Positions 35,557-50,018 of a stretch of DNA of 64,000 nucleotides are shown here, piece after piece. The first letter of the stretch is position 1; every line of letters begins with the position of its first letter. The DNA is taken from assembly GCA_973895155.1 (NCBI GenBank), contig OZ316895.1, forward strand, positions 10,156,184 to 10,220,183, in the 5' to 3' direction. The translations under genes and the position numbers were made by a program. The notes beneath the pieces were generated by a model. That model was not told the origin of the DNA and made no database searches. It saw only the letters and a program-made list of their open reading frames with translations. This DNA is from Marsupella aquatica. Taxonomy: Eukaryota; Plantae; Marchantiophyta.

Positions 35557-38500
35557 GTTTCCTCCTTAAATTGTAGTTGACGCCAATTTTGGTTCAATTT
35601 CAAGTACCTCGGGACTAGGAGGCTTTTCACCTGCAGTTGAGGAGACCAATTCTGAATCTGCAAAACATGAGTCAGTGTGAGCGCGTTGTTTCCGATAAAT
35701 TTCCGATCAATGTCTGTGAACAATTGAAGTGCAGCACTGATGATCCATGTATCTTAAGCATCCTATCAAATCTTGAAGTGGAAACAGCCAGTGCTGAAAA
35801 CCGAACCCTCTTCTGCAACAGATGAACAGGATGCTGATGATCTATGCATAAGTTAATCCACTCAGTTCCTTATCAATCTTTGCACTACTGACAGCTTTCG
35901 AAACAAAGCCATCCGTCTACGAAAATGATAGAATTCGTCGTAAAGTTGATTGACACTCGAACGCGTTCCATACAAACTTAGCTGCACAATGGATTGCTTC
36001 GTGCGAACTATCACACCCAATCTGATCCAATCCTGGATCCAGGAACTGCACATGTCTGTCAATTCACTGAAATGCATAATGCCATTTGATATGTGGAAGG
36101 AGAGGCTATAGAAAAAGCAAATTTTGGAAGCGATCACTTCGTCTGCCCTGTGTTATTCGCAGAAGAAATCCTAAGATCGTGGACTTTCCCATATTTACTG
36201 CCAATTCTTAGAACGGCAAACACCCAGTCAACAATGGAATTGCAACTAGGACGAGTTTCTGTTTGGCATTTCTACACTTGCCAAAGAATATGAAATGAAG
36301 AGTCTAAACAGAAATAACTTGATCGTGTCCCAGACGCATTGACACGGAGGCATCTCTGGTCTGAATCTGCTTCAAAAAAGTTGCTGAGAAAGTAGCTATG
36401 CCCAGTGATGATCCATGACTCCATTCCTTCTTTTAGCTAGATTTGTCACCGGATAAGGAGCATTGTAAAGCCGGTTCAGGGAAAAAGACCATAAAAGGTG
36501 AATTCCCAGAATCAGAACTAGTCCTTCAAAGCTAGGACACTCCCGTAAATCCTTGACTTGCATCTAGACTACACTGCGGAGAATTACGCTTTAAAGAAGT
36601 ATAATATTATCATTGAGGTGATGAGTATGAGCTAGCAGGTCGTTCCAGCATGACTGTACCGGAGCTAACAACTGTACTTGCTGGGTTTCAGCAAGCAGTG
36701 ACATGTAGCTACGGAATGACCCAACTAACCTCACTGTGTTACGTCAATAAACATGTGGAAGCTAGCCGAAGCGATGATCGATATCATGATCGAACTCATG
36801 TCATGCGTGCTTGCGGTTGGTGCTCACGACCTTCAGGGTAAGAAAGGATCAGAATTTAAGCGACTAAACGGTCAAATGGAAGCAACTACTGAGCATCGCA
36901 TGCTCCCGAGTTCCCCAATCGGTGGCCGGGGCCAATTGGCCAGAAGCTGCTCGATCCGGCCACTGACTATGACTCCTAGACAACATGGTTATCATCTATC
37001 AACCGATGGGCAGGGTCATCAATCTAGTGGAATCAAACTCATCCAAGATAGATCTACAGCAAGCCATAGCTCAATATCTGAATCAATCTTACCTTAACAA
37101 GAGTGGCAACTCGAATGTCTTCAATAAAAGAGTACAACTTATGGTTAAAGTGCTCCTAAGGTCTCCATCAACAGCTCATTTGCCAATCTCTCCAGGGGTG
37201 TCCATCCAGCGGCGTTCAATCCCTGGGATACTCTGAATTCATGTTCACAACCGAAGAGCCCCAAAATCCTGTATTGAAATTGAGAACTACAAAGCTGACA
37301 GCATTGGTCGAATATGAATTTCCATCTCCTGTCCTCTTTTCGTTTCTTCCACCTCCCATCTCTAGGGCACATGAAACAAGAATGGAACCTCGTCGTGACA
37401 CCATCGAGTACTGCTTGAATTCCTGCATCACCACGCACTTTTTGAGAACCGATCGGGTCTCAGAGATGTGCATCGTATCAATCAATGGCTCGACGCATCT
37501 AGCCGACCAACAAATTCCTGACTACTCCAGTGATCAGCAGCTGATATAGGAGTGCAGCCACATTGCATGAGGAGTTATAGCTGGCACCGGTGCACATGTT
37601 TTGAAGAAGCTGCACACAGCTCTCTAGAATAGCACCAACCCAGATCCACGCCTGTATACGGGTTGCTTTCTTCTGTAAAGTCGCCGTGGTCCACAATGAT
37701 CTTCCTGTGGTAATATATGACGAGCAAATCAGAACGTTCGTGAGCCGCGTGGCGACCCTACTTTAGTAATCTCTTAATTTCTTGACGACGATCGAGCTTC
37801 ATGCTGACGTTGAGGTGGAGCTTTTATTCGTAGTGGCTAAACTTAGCTGGAACCCATTGAGCTAAGGGACAAGCTTTTTCAACGGGACGATTCTCATATT
37901 AAGCCCTATTTTTTTAACTAAACGAGGGAACACATCAGTGAGATAGAGCTTCCAGGTTCAGATTATGGGTAACTCAAGTGCTTGATTACTACATAATGGG
38001 GAGACAGATCGACTGCAAACCATGACCAATCGATTATATTGATCCACTCAGTGGCTTGGCTGGCTTTGATCATTTAATGGCTTCTACAAACTACCCAGTT
38101 CACCTGCTCTAGGGGTGGAAATCTCGTGCTGCATTGGTGGCCCCCACAATTTTTGGGACAAAGAGGTTTGTGAGGAAGATCAAAAGTTGGAAGTGATCAA
38201 ATATGTTCATTGTTCGAACAATAATGCACATCAACACAATCATATTGTACTCAGTCGTTTACAGTGTAGATTGAAACGGCCTGCACATATTGGCAGCCAG
38301 GCTTACAAATAAGACAATGCGGTAGGTTTCCAAGGGCTCTCCCATGCCCACGGAAGTCGGGAGTCGGCATCTCACCGAGAGATTCCCATGCAGCTCGTTA
38401 GATATGGTAACGTGCCGAGCTGAAATTAATCATATCCTGTTCAAGCTTTGGACTTAATGGACAAGCTTTCATTTGCAAAGCTTGTTCATCAGAGGTAAAA

Positions 38501-38879
38501 GCACATGAAAACGAACGTGAACATCTGCAGGAAAGTAAAACGAACAACGTGGGCCTACTGCTTATCAATCCGACAGTACTAGCGCAACATCCGGCGTGAT
38601 GAGAGACGAGATAGCCACTCAAACAAATAATAATTTCTCAAATCCACTCGACCTTTGCCTCCCCTTTTGTTATATTCTTTGTGGCCCTTTTTCAGCAGAT
38701 CCGTTTTTCCTCCGTCTTCATATATGGGGATTTATATATCGAGAAAGGACGACTTTGCAGAAGTAGTAGGTACGAGACAGTGACTGAGTGGGCTCTTTTG
38801 GAAAGGCACTGTAAAGTTGTTCGCTGTGGGCCATGCCTCCATAATACAAACGAAGGGGAAGGGACCACTTGTTTGTATA

Positions 38880-39957
38880 ATCAGAAAGCATGCATGAACA
38901 CTAGTCCAGTAGGCAAAGACAAAACCTCCCAAGAAAGAGAATATACACATACTTTATACAAAAAATGGCCAAATAGAGTACAAAAGAATAAACAAGAGAG
39001 GTCCCAAGTGGACAAAACCAAACGCAAAAGTGGACAAAACCAAACTCAAAAGAAGTGAGCAAAAGGAAACCCTAAAAACCAAGAAAGAGGAACTAAAAGA
39101 AGTGAGCAAAAGGAAACCCCTAAAAACCAAGAAAGAGTAACTAAAACTACCGCAAATGGACCGAGGTCCTCATCATACCTAGCAAATGTGGCTACAAGCT
39201 AGTGGTCTACATCAAGTGTCGAAACTAGATCGGCAAGTGGGACAGGAATGTCCTCTAGGGGGGCTAGCCGCTGCGGAGTCACACTAGCACCCACTGTCAG
39301 AGATCGACGATAGACGGCCCGAGCTTGAGCACGCTGTAAGGTGACTGAAATGCGTTGGCGAAAGTGCGTGGTCAAAACAGATAGCGGGGGCCCGGTGGGA
39401 CCCATCCGGCCGTGAACATCCCGAGCAGCTTGGCGAAGAAGCCCGTCGAACTGATGATGGAGACGCCCAAATATCTCAAGAGCAAGGGGCAGGAAGCTAT
39501 CAGATGAAGCTCGTGCAGCATATTTGGCCTCCTTCGTTTGTGTTGCTCGTGATGCTGCTGCCCCTGCCGTTGTTGCCGCTGTCCCAATGATGTCTTGGCG
39601 CAATGGGTTTGCCACCACTACATCTGCCAAAGTACGGTGACCGTCATGGACCATGGTAAGATCCACCCGTAACCGCTGTGATGGAGGACCTGGTAACTCG
39701 AGCACCACCTCCCGCCGCGCGCAGACCAAAGAACCAGAGAGAACCTGAGCAGTCGCATCTCTCACAGCGTCGTGAACAAAAATGGTTTCGCCGCCCAAAC
39801 TGCATCGAAGAAGATGGACACCTGTGGCATCACAAGGCTTCCCACAAGTGCAAGTAGGAGGTAAACCAGCAAGAAGTGGGTGGGGCAAGCCCAGACGAAG
39901 ACGCATGGCTATCGCAAACTCCGCTGAAGACATCCGCAGGTGAGGAATGACTGGATC
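38880..39957 (-). mobile_element. 5'-truncated non-LTR retrotransposon with restriction-like endonuclease (CRE-clade-like), C-terminal ORF 39199-39933 plus 3' UTR
   Basis: EFAIAMRLRLGL, zinc knuckle CTCG...HLLRC, HDAVRD, RVDL...ADVVVA, TKEAKY, FLPLALEIFG and RQRISVTLQRAQA follow the RLE-type LINE pattern. The 3' UTR has a ~49-bp tandem duplication at 39048-39145. No clear TSD; the outer boundary is approximate. Confidence 0.82.
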
Positions 39958-42900
39958 TTTTTACATATCAAATTACCAACGACCAAGAAAGCAACATATC
40001 TTGACTTGTTGGGCCTCTTTGGCCTTCTTGGGGTCTTTTCCTTCCCCCCTTTTATTGGGTTCTTTGGCCTTTGGGACCAATCATGTCTATGGGACCAATC
40101 ATGTCTCCTGGTTTGGCGTTCCTGTCTTTTTGACAAGACAATGTGATATATAATTGCCAAAGAACAAGAAAGCAACATATTCTTTTATAAATCAAACTGC
40201 CTACACACACAGACATACCTGGAAACATTATCCCACACCCAAGAGACGGCAAATCCAATTAGAGTCCCAAACGTTTCAGTTTTGGTTCTGGTGGTCACGG
40301 CACAGGTTTTCCTGGAACTAAACTGGCGGAATCACAAATAGGTGGTTTACCACTTGCAACTGATGCCCTCTAGTTTCAGGCTCTGGATTCTTTTGGGACT
40401 CCCCAATAAAGGGTAGAAAAGAAATTGCTTTCGTATTTGGATTGAGCTGCCTTGTTTTGTGTGCAATACTTAATAAAAACAATAAAAATCCATTATCATT
40501 TGTTAAGCTCCGATTCAAACAGTTGGTGGTTTAATTATTCATATCATACAATCCATTGAAAATGGAAATTAAACAGTAAGAAAATTGTAAATTAAGTGAG
40601 ACATGATAACCAGTGCACATTACAATGACCTTGAAATTGGAATTGAAGAGGAAACAAGAGGTCTTCGTAAGTTCAAGGTACTAACTGGTTTTCTGGGTTC
40701 TGATGATAATTTTCTCTTGAGAAGAAGCCTATAAAAAAATTCGCCCAGCTGGCTACAGTAACTGGTCAGATCATGTTATTACCTCCCCGCACAAAATTTA
40801 ATACAGTTGTAAGAATGGTTGTTCGTTTAAACCTTAAAGCGATTTCAATGAATAGTTGAGGGCTTGCTAAATCGTCCAGAGTCAAATGTCACGCGTAACG
40901 GTACTCGTCGTCAGTCAGTCCCAGCCGGCTGTCCAACACTAACGAACAGTCGTACATACTAGATATTTCTGTCTTCTCCACATTCTCTCGCTCTTTTCCT
41001 TTTTGGTCCGGTTTCTCGGGCAACTGAATTCAAAGTGACCGCAATGACTTGTCTGTTTACGACTCGAGGGAGCTACATCCGCAGCCCGTTTCTCTAATAG
41101 AAAGAAAACTCTCGGTTAAGATCAAGACAGAGCAACACAGGTCAAGACAAACACAGATCAACAAATACAATAACCTGAATCGTTCCAAGGGCACTCTATA
41201 ATCATGGACCCAGTACACAGCCGAGCCAAATATAGGTAGGGCTGTTGATTGACTATTGACCGTGATTGCCTAGCTTGCTAGACCAACCCGGACTGGTCAG
41301 TTGTTGACGGTGAATTTGGTAAAGTTGAATCGATCGTTGATAGCTCCTTCCCCAGCCAAATATATATCATCAATGAATCCGAACTTGATCTGATGCTCAG
41401 GACTCTTTCAGAAGTATTGATCTGCAATTTGAATTCTCTCAGTGTATCCCGTTTGATTGTTGGATTAGCACCTTACCTCTATCGAATGGAGTCCAAATCA
41501 CAAGTGGGAGGGTACGTAATCTGACCTGAGGGACAGTTTAACGACAGGACAGCATGAGTTTTCGAATATAAGTTCGATTATGAAAGGCTCTCTAGATGGC
41601 TCAGCACGACCTACTTTGGTGCATGTGGCAGTTTACGGTGGCATCTCTCGATCAGTACTAATTTCCTCGGGTGGTCCCCTCCTCTTGCTTTTTGGTATAC
41701 TCATAACAAGGAGCTTTTTTGTGGCGACCAGTCATGGCCCACTGTGACGACACCTTTTACTCTCTTTCTAGGGGAATCCCGTGAGCCACTCATCAGCAGA
41801 TCGAATATATCCTCACCTACTACAACAGGTCGACGGCAATGTCCTTCCTCTCAACGTGTGCTGATCTTGCCTCCTGCCTCAAACATATAACATGGTTCTT
41901 TCTAGTTGCACAAGGAGTCTCAGTCTCTCTTACAGCTCACCGTCCTATGAAAATGTTTTGTGGTACGCTCGCTCCAGCTTAAGAAAGGAGCTGCAGTTCG
42001 TGATCAAGCCTGCAGTACGGTCATGTGACTTCAACAATTTGCTGTCAAGGCTTGACGTTCAATCCTCCCTAACCTCAGCTAAGGTAAAGTGTTCGGGCCC
42101 GAAGGGATCTGACAAAAGCACATACATCCCAGGGCGGTCCAACGAGATCCTTTACTCATTTATGATCAGCCAATTCAGAGGAAAGAAGATGCTAATCATA
42201 TTCAAGACAGGCAAATAGCACGTGAACTCTCCCTCATTATGCAAGGTACGTCCAGCACAGGACATGGAACTGAGGTTATTCAAAGAAGTAAAGTTCATTG
42301 AGTAAATTCTTGGAAAAGTGGCCAGGAATCGAGTCTGTTCTCTGTCAATCCTAACCTACTGTGATCTCTTCTTTTCGTGAGGGACATATTAAGTGCAATG
42401 ACACTGTACTGCAAAGAGTAAGGAAGAAAGCTTATCACTGTACTGCAAAGAGTAAGTTTTTCCATAGCGAGGAAAAGGCTCAAATCCTTGTCTCAATCAC
42501 CAGCTCAATGGAAGGTATCATTCAACGATTACAGCTACTGTGCCCGTTTGTTGCGCTGAGTGCGCTCTTACAGTGAGGCAGTGAGCTTAATATCTGTTGT
42601 CCGATTTCACGAAAATTAGAAGGGAATAATATTTGGATCTACAGTAAAATTAAGGCAAGGTTTTGACTCATTCGTTTTCTTCAACTGCAAACGTGGCATG
42701 TGTATGTCTCTGGGATGTCTCTCCACTCCATGTCAAGCTATTATCTGATTGACAATTCAATCAAGTTCTCACAAGAAAAATTACAAGAAAAATATCGTCC
42801 TTCGCTTTTCCCTTTGAATTTTGTCTGCCTAACTTACGGAGTTCGTTTTGCGTCATCATGCATTGGTAAGATTTTGAATACAGCTAACATTGGAAAAGAA

Positions 42901-44148
42901 TATCATTATTTACATCTTTCATGAAAGTTTTGGTCTGCTCCATCAATTTTTGTGAAGTGATTTGAATGTTCACTCTTAACATGTCGACCCGATGTCTACC
43001 AGATTTCATCAACATTGCTAGTAATCGGCAGAGTCATGAAACCATTACTTATTAGTCCACAAGAAAGTACAATCTAGATTGCTTTCAATCAAGACTAAAT
43101 GTCCTGAAAAAGAGTACAGTATGACATTACACTGGCCTTGCATTGTGAATCATCGATGATGCTTTGGATAGAGAATCTTTGGTCAAAAATGCAATGCAAT
43201 AGTATGATGTATATGATTATTTCTAGAAACCAGTTCAAGATAGCATGGAAAGGTAAGGGCTCTGTCAGTGTTGAAAATAAATAAACAAAGGAGCACAAAA
43301 TCCTCTACAACAATAGCATTGTTTCTAAGTAGGTAGAAAGGAGTTCAAGGTTTCATCCAACCATTCAATATGTAAAGAAGGGAATAAAATGGATTTTTAT
43401 GTCAGATGAAATAATTACTCAGTGACACAATATTTGTGTCTACCATACATAACAGATAGCTCTAAAGGTTCTATGATCCATGGCTACAAGGATGAGGAGA
43501 TGAGAGCATCTTGAGAAAGTCTTGGAAACTTCGAACTCAACTTTTGGACCCCACCTTGACATCCCTTCCAAATTATTTGAAACAAGGTGGCATGTTAGGG
43601 GCTCCGATCCTCCTACCAAATCTAGACTGGCTAGCTTGCAACCTAGATATGATGTGAAAAGTGTTTACTTGCCGAGATCTTGCCTGGGCTTTCAAGGCTC
43701 ACCCTTGAATCATTTATAGATATGATTGAACGGGAGGATCTCTTTGTAACATGCAAGCCAAATAATGTATCCACCTTTTGCTTGGGAACAAGGTACTTAA
43801 ATAATTCACTCTCTCAACTTTTCAGATAGGTTTGCCAAAGAAGTAAACAACTCTGAATTTTGAGTTTTTTTGCTTCTTACATGGCTTCTTAGATTTGTGA
43901 AGCCTAATTTAGAAATCTTGGTCAGATTGGAAGCAACCGGGTCACTTTGGATTGGAAGTAATGATGCGGTAGTTTGTTTGTGATCGATGTTCCACTCAAT
44001 TTTCATTAAGAACGAAAGGCAAGATCGAGGCTAATCAATGCGATTAGCCTTTATTAACCCGTACGTGACTGCTTGCTGCCCAGTATTTCTAACGTTAGTA
44101 TCTAGTTAAATACCTAGAGCAAATCAATGTTGGCACCAACTGCCCCAA

Positions 44149-44210
44149 GGCTAGTTGGTAGAGGAACATCCTTTGGGATGCAGCAGGTCCCAGGTTTTCG
44201 AATCTGGTCA
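44149..44210 (+). pseudogene. Degenerate tRNA-Pro(TGG)-like sequence / SINE head
   Basis: ctagttggtaga (A-box-like), ctttggga (anticodon-loop-like TGG) and aggtcccaggttttcgaatc (B-box-like with an insertion). Acceptor stem not intact. Confidence 0.5.
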
Positions 44211-45626
44211 ATAACAATAGAAGCTTTTGTCATTCACCCTACCCAAAAATGTGGATCATTCACACTCTAGTCACACTTAGAAAAAGTGTGACACTGAAAA
44301 ACAGTCGGGCAGCGGGCGGCTAAAATGGTACGGGATGTTAGATATTGCTCTAGTCTTGTGACTCATGAGCTAACCACAGTTAGTCTAACTCGGGTTAGGA
44401 CCTAACTAATGTTAGCGGTAGTGCTGTTGTGTATTAAGCCAGAGGCTGATGCAAGACCCTGGTGGAACTTAGGCTCATTGTTACGGAGCTAGTTGAGAGA
44501 TAGGGAAAGCTTGTGCTGTGGATGCTTGGTATGGCCGATCGGCCTAGAGTGCAGTAAAGCTCTTGTGTGTTCCCGTGGACGTAGCCTCATGTGGAGGTGA
44601 ACCACGTATCTCTCTGTGTCGACTCTTGTACGTTGGATGGTTCATGGGCTTGTCATTGCGAATGTCGTCTATGCTCAACACGGGAGGCTCATTATGAGCC
44701 TCGATCTTGTCTTTCGTCCTGAATCAAATTTCACTATGTTTATATGTATTTCACTATGTTTATATGTACAATCCTCAGTACGATCACATCAATGTCAGCC
44801 TAGCATAAGTGTGGCATTACTAATGGGAGCACTTGTAGCTTTTTTTCACCAAAACAAACTTGAGGGCCACTTGTTATTCTAAAGACTCTTTTGAGAAGAA
44901 GTTCAATAAATGCAAATCACTTGAATAAATGAGCCACAGTTTGGAAATATTTGGACCAGTCACATGGTCTAAACTTCTAGACAAAATAAGCATTACAGCT
45001 TGCCAATCAGCATTTGCTTGGTCCCATAGCCCCGCCCATAGCTTGCCAAGTGGGATCAATAGACACCAGAAGGAGCCCTAGCTCCTGTAAAGCCAATTCC
45101 ACTCATGTGGAATTTGACCTCAAAAGTGAGGAAATAAAATGAACCAAATGAAAGAAAAGTCTAGGTAAGACACACAATAAATAACAATTGGAGGGTTGAG
45201 CTTTAAATGGACCAAATTCCACGAAACAAGGATTGTAGTCGGTGTCACCTGGCTGGCCAAACTGTGTATTAGTGGCCTTTATCCCAAACATGAATGAATT
45301 AATCGTTCACCAGCCTAAGAGAATCTCCAACCCAATGGGGTTTGGCCTACTGGTTATGTTAAGTACTCAGTCTGACAACACCCCTTTTTTAGTTCATCCA
45401 ATCCTGACAAGGCCAATTAATTTCCCTAAGAGCAGGTATCAGCATCTGTGGACCGTAGATTGAAATCTGGAAACCCCAAGAATAAATTCAAGCATTAGAA
45501 ATTCAGTTATGGTACAATCTCTTCCATGTACAGATCCATTAATAAAAAAACCCATTGATGAAATTCCAATCGAGTGAGAGTTAGAGCTCATGTTTGGCAT
45601 TTTCTTCTATGGATTGGTCAACACCT

Positions 45627-45696
45627 GGTTACCCCAACAGACCGAGTAGGATGGAGATGGTTTGGTTACCCCAACAAACCGAGTAGGATGGAGATG
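45627..45696. repeat. ~38-bp tandem duplication
   Basis: ggttaccccaaca(g/a)accgagtaggatggagatg occurs twice. Confidence 0.8.
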
Positions 45697-48199
45697 CTCT
45701 AATGCCTGTCCTTTGGACATCAACAAGTGGTAAGAACTGAAATGAATCATTTTCCCACCCCCATAGATGGAATGTTTTGCCCTGCTAGAGGCAATATGTA
45801 GAAGCTTCACTTTATGGTGTTCACTCTAAACCATAGACTTTATTCTAACTTCACTTAGCCAAAATTTCTCTTAGCTAAGATTATATTAGGGAATCTCAAA
45901 GCTGATAATTTGATGGACCTTGACTCACTGGGGTTATGGACACAAAAAAAAAATTATCGACTATGAAATTCATATTCCATAACAATTCATATTCCATAAC
46001 TTTTTGCCATAAGGATTCTTCTCATGCCATTACATCAATGACAGTAGAGACTGGTGACCCTGAAAATAAAAAATACTTTTACATAACCTATGAAAACGGT
46101 ATGACCATTTCTTTATGGTGGAATGTTTTGAGAGGCAATATTGTAGGATGGGCAAGGCTGACATTCTATTGTAATCAATTCCACCGACAGCGCACTACTG
46201 TAATTGAGCTAAAAATAAAAACCCATATCATCCTCCAAACGTCTTAGACTTAGACTGACACTCTTCAAACATCATCATGAGGGCAACAAATTCATTCCTC
46301 GTGGACACCTTCGAACAAAGTGTGCAACGACTTGAGGCACAGCGAGACGAGCTACGATTATCGCCATCATTCTCGATCACCAATCATCTCGTAATATGGT
46401 AAGAAAAATCAAGCGAAACGAAGAATTTAAACAGATGATACATCTTGCTCTGATCGCAGATATCGTACCTTAATGTCATTGGATTACCCTCGGTTTTGCA
46501 TGCTCACGTTCGACGCGACACAAGTAATGATCCCGTGGATCCAGGCTCCATCAATCCAGTTTTCTGCGGGGTTTTGTGACAATAAGCTTTTTGTTTCATA
46601 TAGGATGGGGCTGTTCACTACACTAATTGCAAATTACTCCTTGCTCATACTCTGTCGTAGCTTGATATACACCGACAAGCACACCTCAAAGGCTAGCTGA
46701 AACAGACTTTATCGTTCTTTGGTGCTCTTGGTGCTTGTGAAGGAGTTTGGTACATCGCTGGCTTTGGAATTGTTGGTAGCTCTGAGATTGATGTATCTTC
46801 GATGCGGGCGAGTATCTAGAACAAGGGAAACTGGGGAGGAGTCTGATGATTGGTCCCCTTGTGGGCGCGCAGCCTTTGCTGGATTTTGTCTCTGCGAATG
46901 GAACAAGGTTTTTATAGAGATGAAATTCGCCAAACTCCACCTCCAGCACAATCATTCGCCACTTTTGGCTTGAATAGACTAGTGGAGCTCAAGTGAATCT
47001 TTCAAGGCGAGTTATTATTGGTGAAAGCGTCCAAGTTGTCGGACAAACGATCGTGCTTCCTCGTCTTTCTGACAATAAGTGTTTGCCTGTAGCTACTTTC
47101 GCGGAGGCATTTCCGGAGGATCAAGTTTTGGGGGAATGACCAGGGACAGCAGTGTGTAGGTAGTCGGAGAAATCAAATCAAGCTCCCAACATTATTTTGG
47201 GGACTTTCAATCTTTTCTGAGATCAAGGTGAGCTTTTACCCTCTCAATATCCGAATCCGTTTCCTATAATTGATCAAACTGTTGCATTCTGTTACCCACG
47301 TTGAGCATGCAGTTGGATCACACGGTGCGATCGATTACGGTATGGGCTCACTAGCTTCACTTCAGGCTTTGTCAATTACAGTCTTTGCCTATCGAAAGGG
47401 GGTGTTGACAGTGATCGAGGCTGCCCATAAACTCCATTGGATCCCTACTTTCAGGGAGCTAATGGAGGACGGTGCTTCAGCTGAAACGATACTCTACATT
47501 GAACCAGTCTCACGCTGGAGAATCTATCCACAATTATCGGTTCACATTTGGTGTTGATTAGAAGAGCTAGTTCAAAATCAGAAATATGAGGAATTGCCAT
47601 TCAGGGCCAATTTCAAAGCTTTATATTCACATTTATTTGATTAGTCAAATCATTCACCAGAGAAAATCCTTAGATTCAAGTTTGAACTCCCTGAGTTCTC
47701 AGAAGTTCAGCTCAGGACCAAGGTCTTAGTGCTCGCTCAAGTTGCATCAAAGAGTTGGTTCCCTTCTTGTTGTGATTGATTCAACCGGTGTTGACTCCAG
47801 ATCAAGGATAATTATAGTGCATGATTTCCAGCCCACTGGCATACCCACATAAGTTAGTGTCTAAAGCAATAATCCTGCAGCAAGGGACTAACAAAGAGAT
47901 GAGATTCTTCCCATTTGCAGCTGAGCTCCCGCAGCGTGTGCATTACTAAGTTCTCCCATTGCAATTGGCCACTCCTTACCCTCTGTCAGTATTGTTTGAT
48001 CTATCTCCTCGCTTGGGAGGTCTTTGGGTTTTCCACCCTATGTTTGACCATTTCCTACAGTGCATGGCCTTTTGTGTAGAATGGAGGCTTATCCCCAGTT
48101 TCTATCCTCACAGCCATCTTTAGACGGCAGGTGTTGGCCTAATTACAGAGAGCTCAGGCTATCACTGTTCTTTGCAGGGCCAAGGCTGTTGAATTTATT

Positions 48200-48790
48200 G
48201 TTTTTAGACAGATTTCTCTTTGTGACTCTCCTATGCAATTTTACTCCCAAGCTTTTCTGTTTGTTGTTCAAGAGGGCTTTACTTGTTTTTAGACAAATTA
48301 TTCTTTGTGACCCTCCTATGCAATTTTACTCCCAAGCTTTTCAGGTTGTTGTTCAAGAGGGCTTTAGTTCTTTAGGGGACTCTCAGGCTTTTTGGTCCTT
48401 TGATTTTACTGGGTTTTATTGTTGGTTTTTATTTCTTTATTGTGTTTTCCCTTGATTTTACTCCTTATGGGGTCTCCCCAGGATTTTACTTCCTTATTGG
48501 GTCTCCCCTTGAGTCTACTTTTTTGCTGGTTTCTACTTCTTTATTGTGTCATCCCTTGATTTTACTTCTTTATTGGGTCTCCCCTTGATTTTACTTCTTT
48601 ATTGGGTCTCCTCTTTATTGGGTCTGCAGCCTTTGGGATCATGTCTCCCATTTTGGCACTTTTTGTTCTTTGGCAAGGTGATGTATGGATGCTATACCAA
48701 GCTGTCTGATATATGTACTCTTCGCCAAGCTTTTTGTCTGGCAGTGTGATATATGTACTCCTTTCTGGAAGCTAGTTCCATGGCTGACCA
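48200..48790 (+). repeat. Low-complexity repeat remnant with internal duplications, probable retroelement 3' UTR; similar to 40020-40150
   Basis: Duplicated ttttagaca..tctttgtgac.ctcctatgcaattttactcccaagctttt, and repeated ccttgattttacttctttattgggtctc. Shares tttattgggt..gcctttggga..catgtctcc with 40050-40110. Confidence 0.5.
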
Positions 48791-50018
48791 AAGAAATTGT
48801 GAACTTTTTGCGAATCCTGCAAAGTACTCTTGAACTTCAATCTTCGCCTGCAAATTTGGAAGCAACAAATCCTGAGGACTAGAAATTCGCCCAATTTCTG
48901 GTAATGCTGTGATCTCTGCCCCAAATTTCTGCAGCGATTTCTGCTATGGTCGACCACAAGCTTTCGCTACTTCCAATCGAAAGAAACTTTACAAAAAACT
49001 TTAGGGTTTAAGGCATGTCACTTTAATTGAACACTCGTGTACAGTTGCTGCGAGGATTTCATCTGATAGATTTCTTTCTTCTCGAGCTTCCATCGTGCTG
49101 GAATCTGTAGTTCTGCATCGTAGACATTGTGTTGGGAAAAAACCTGTGTCTGCTCTCTGAAATGTCTGCTTTGTCATAGAACCAGCTCAGAAGGACAGCT
49201 GTTTTCATCATTGCAAAAGTCATCAGGATTGGCAATATCCAGCGGGGAAGTGCCAAGTCTTACCGGTATTGCGACTCTTCTCGTGATTCCATAGAAACTG
49301 ACGAAATCTCAATCGTGGCTTAGCATGGTCTGTTCTGCCGCCCGTTTTATGCGATGCGGTAGAAAAGATATGTTGGTTTGCTGTCTACAGGACACGATGA
49401 TAAAGTCAGTCATACGACACGCGGGATCTGTCAAGAAATTTATGGCGACTAAATTTAGTAATGCTGCCCATTTGGCATGCTGCCAAAGAGTCTCGTGCAA
49501 ACCTAAGATCAAGATTTATCAGAGAACACTCCAGGTCCAAAAAGCTTGCATAGCAACAAGCCAACAATGCATCTCAACCCTGGCATCTCCCTTCTAGGAC
49601 ACCTCGCTGTATGCTGTTTCAGTAATTGGAATTCAATGAAATCTGTCAAGGCAAAAAAGCACTCCATTTACACTGAGGACACCGCTGAGACACTTGTCGG
49701 CAAGGCCTACGGTTGCTGGAGAGATTGGACGAAGGAGTTGACAAGAGTGGTGGCTACTCAAGTCCTACGACACTTGTTTGGCACGCGCTCAAAGCTAAGA
49801 TTGCTTCAAAGACATGCCGTTTTGGTGGCTTCCAAACAGCCTATTGGTTATGAACAAGTGCATTCTGTCGGGCGTGCGAATACAGCGCCCTCCCAATGGT
49901 AAATAAAAATGGATTTAAAAACTCCTCGAGATCCACCAAGTCAACGTATGAAGCATGCTCAAAGTTCCCTCACTGCCAATAGTAGTGCGGTGAGAGAGTA
50001 CAACCACGAGGCACGGCC

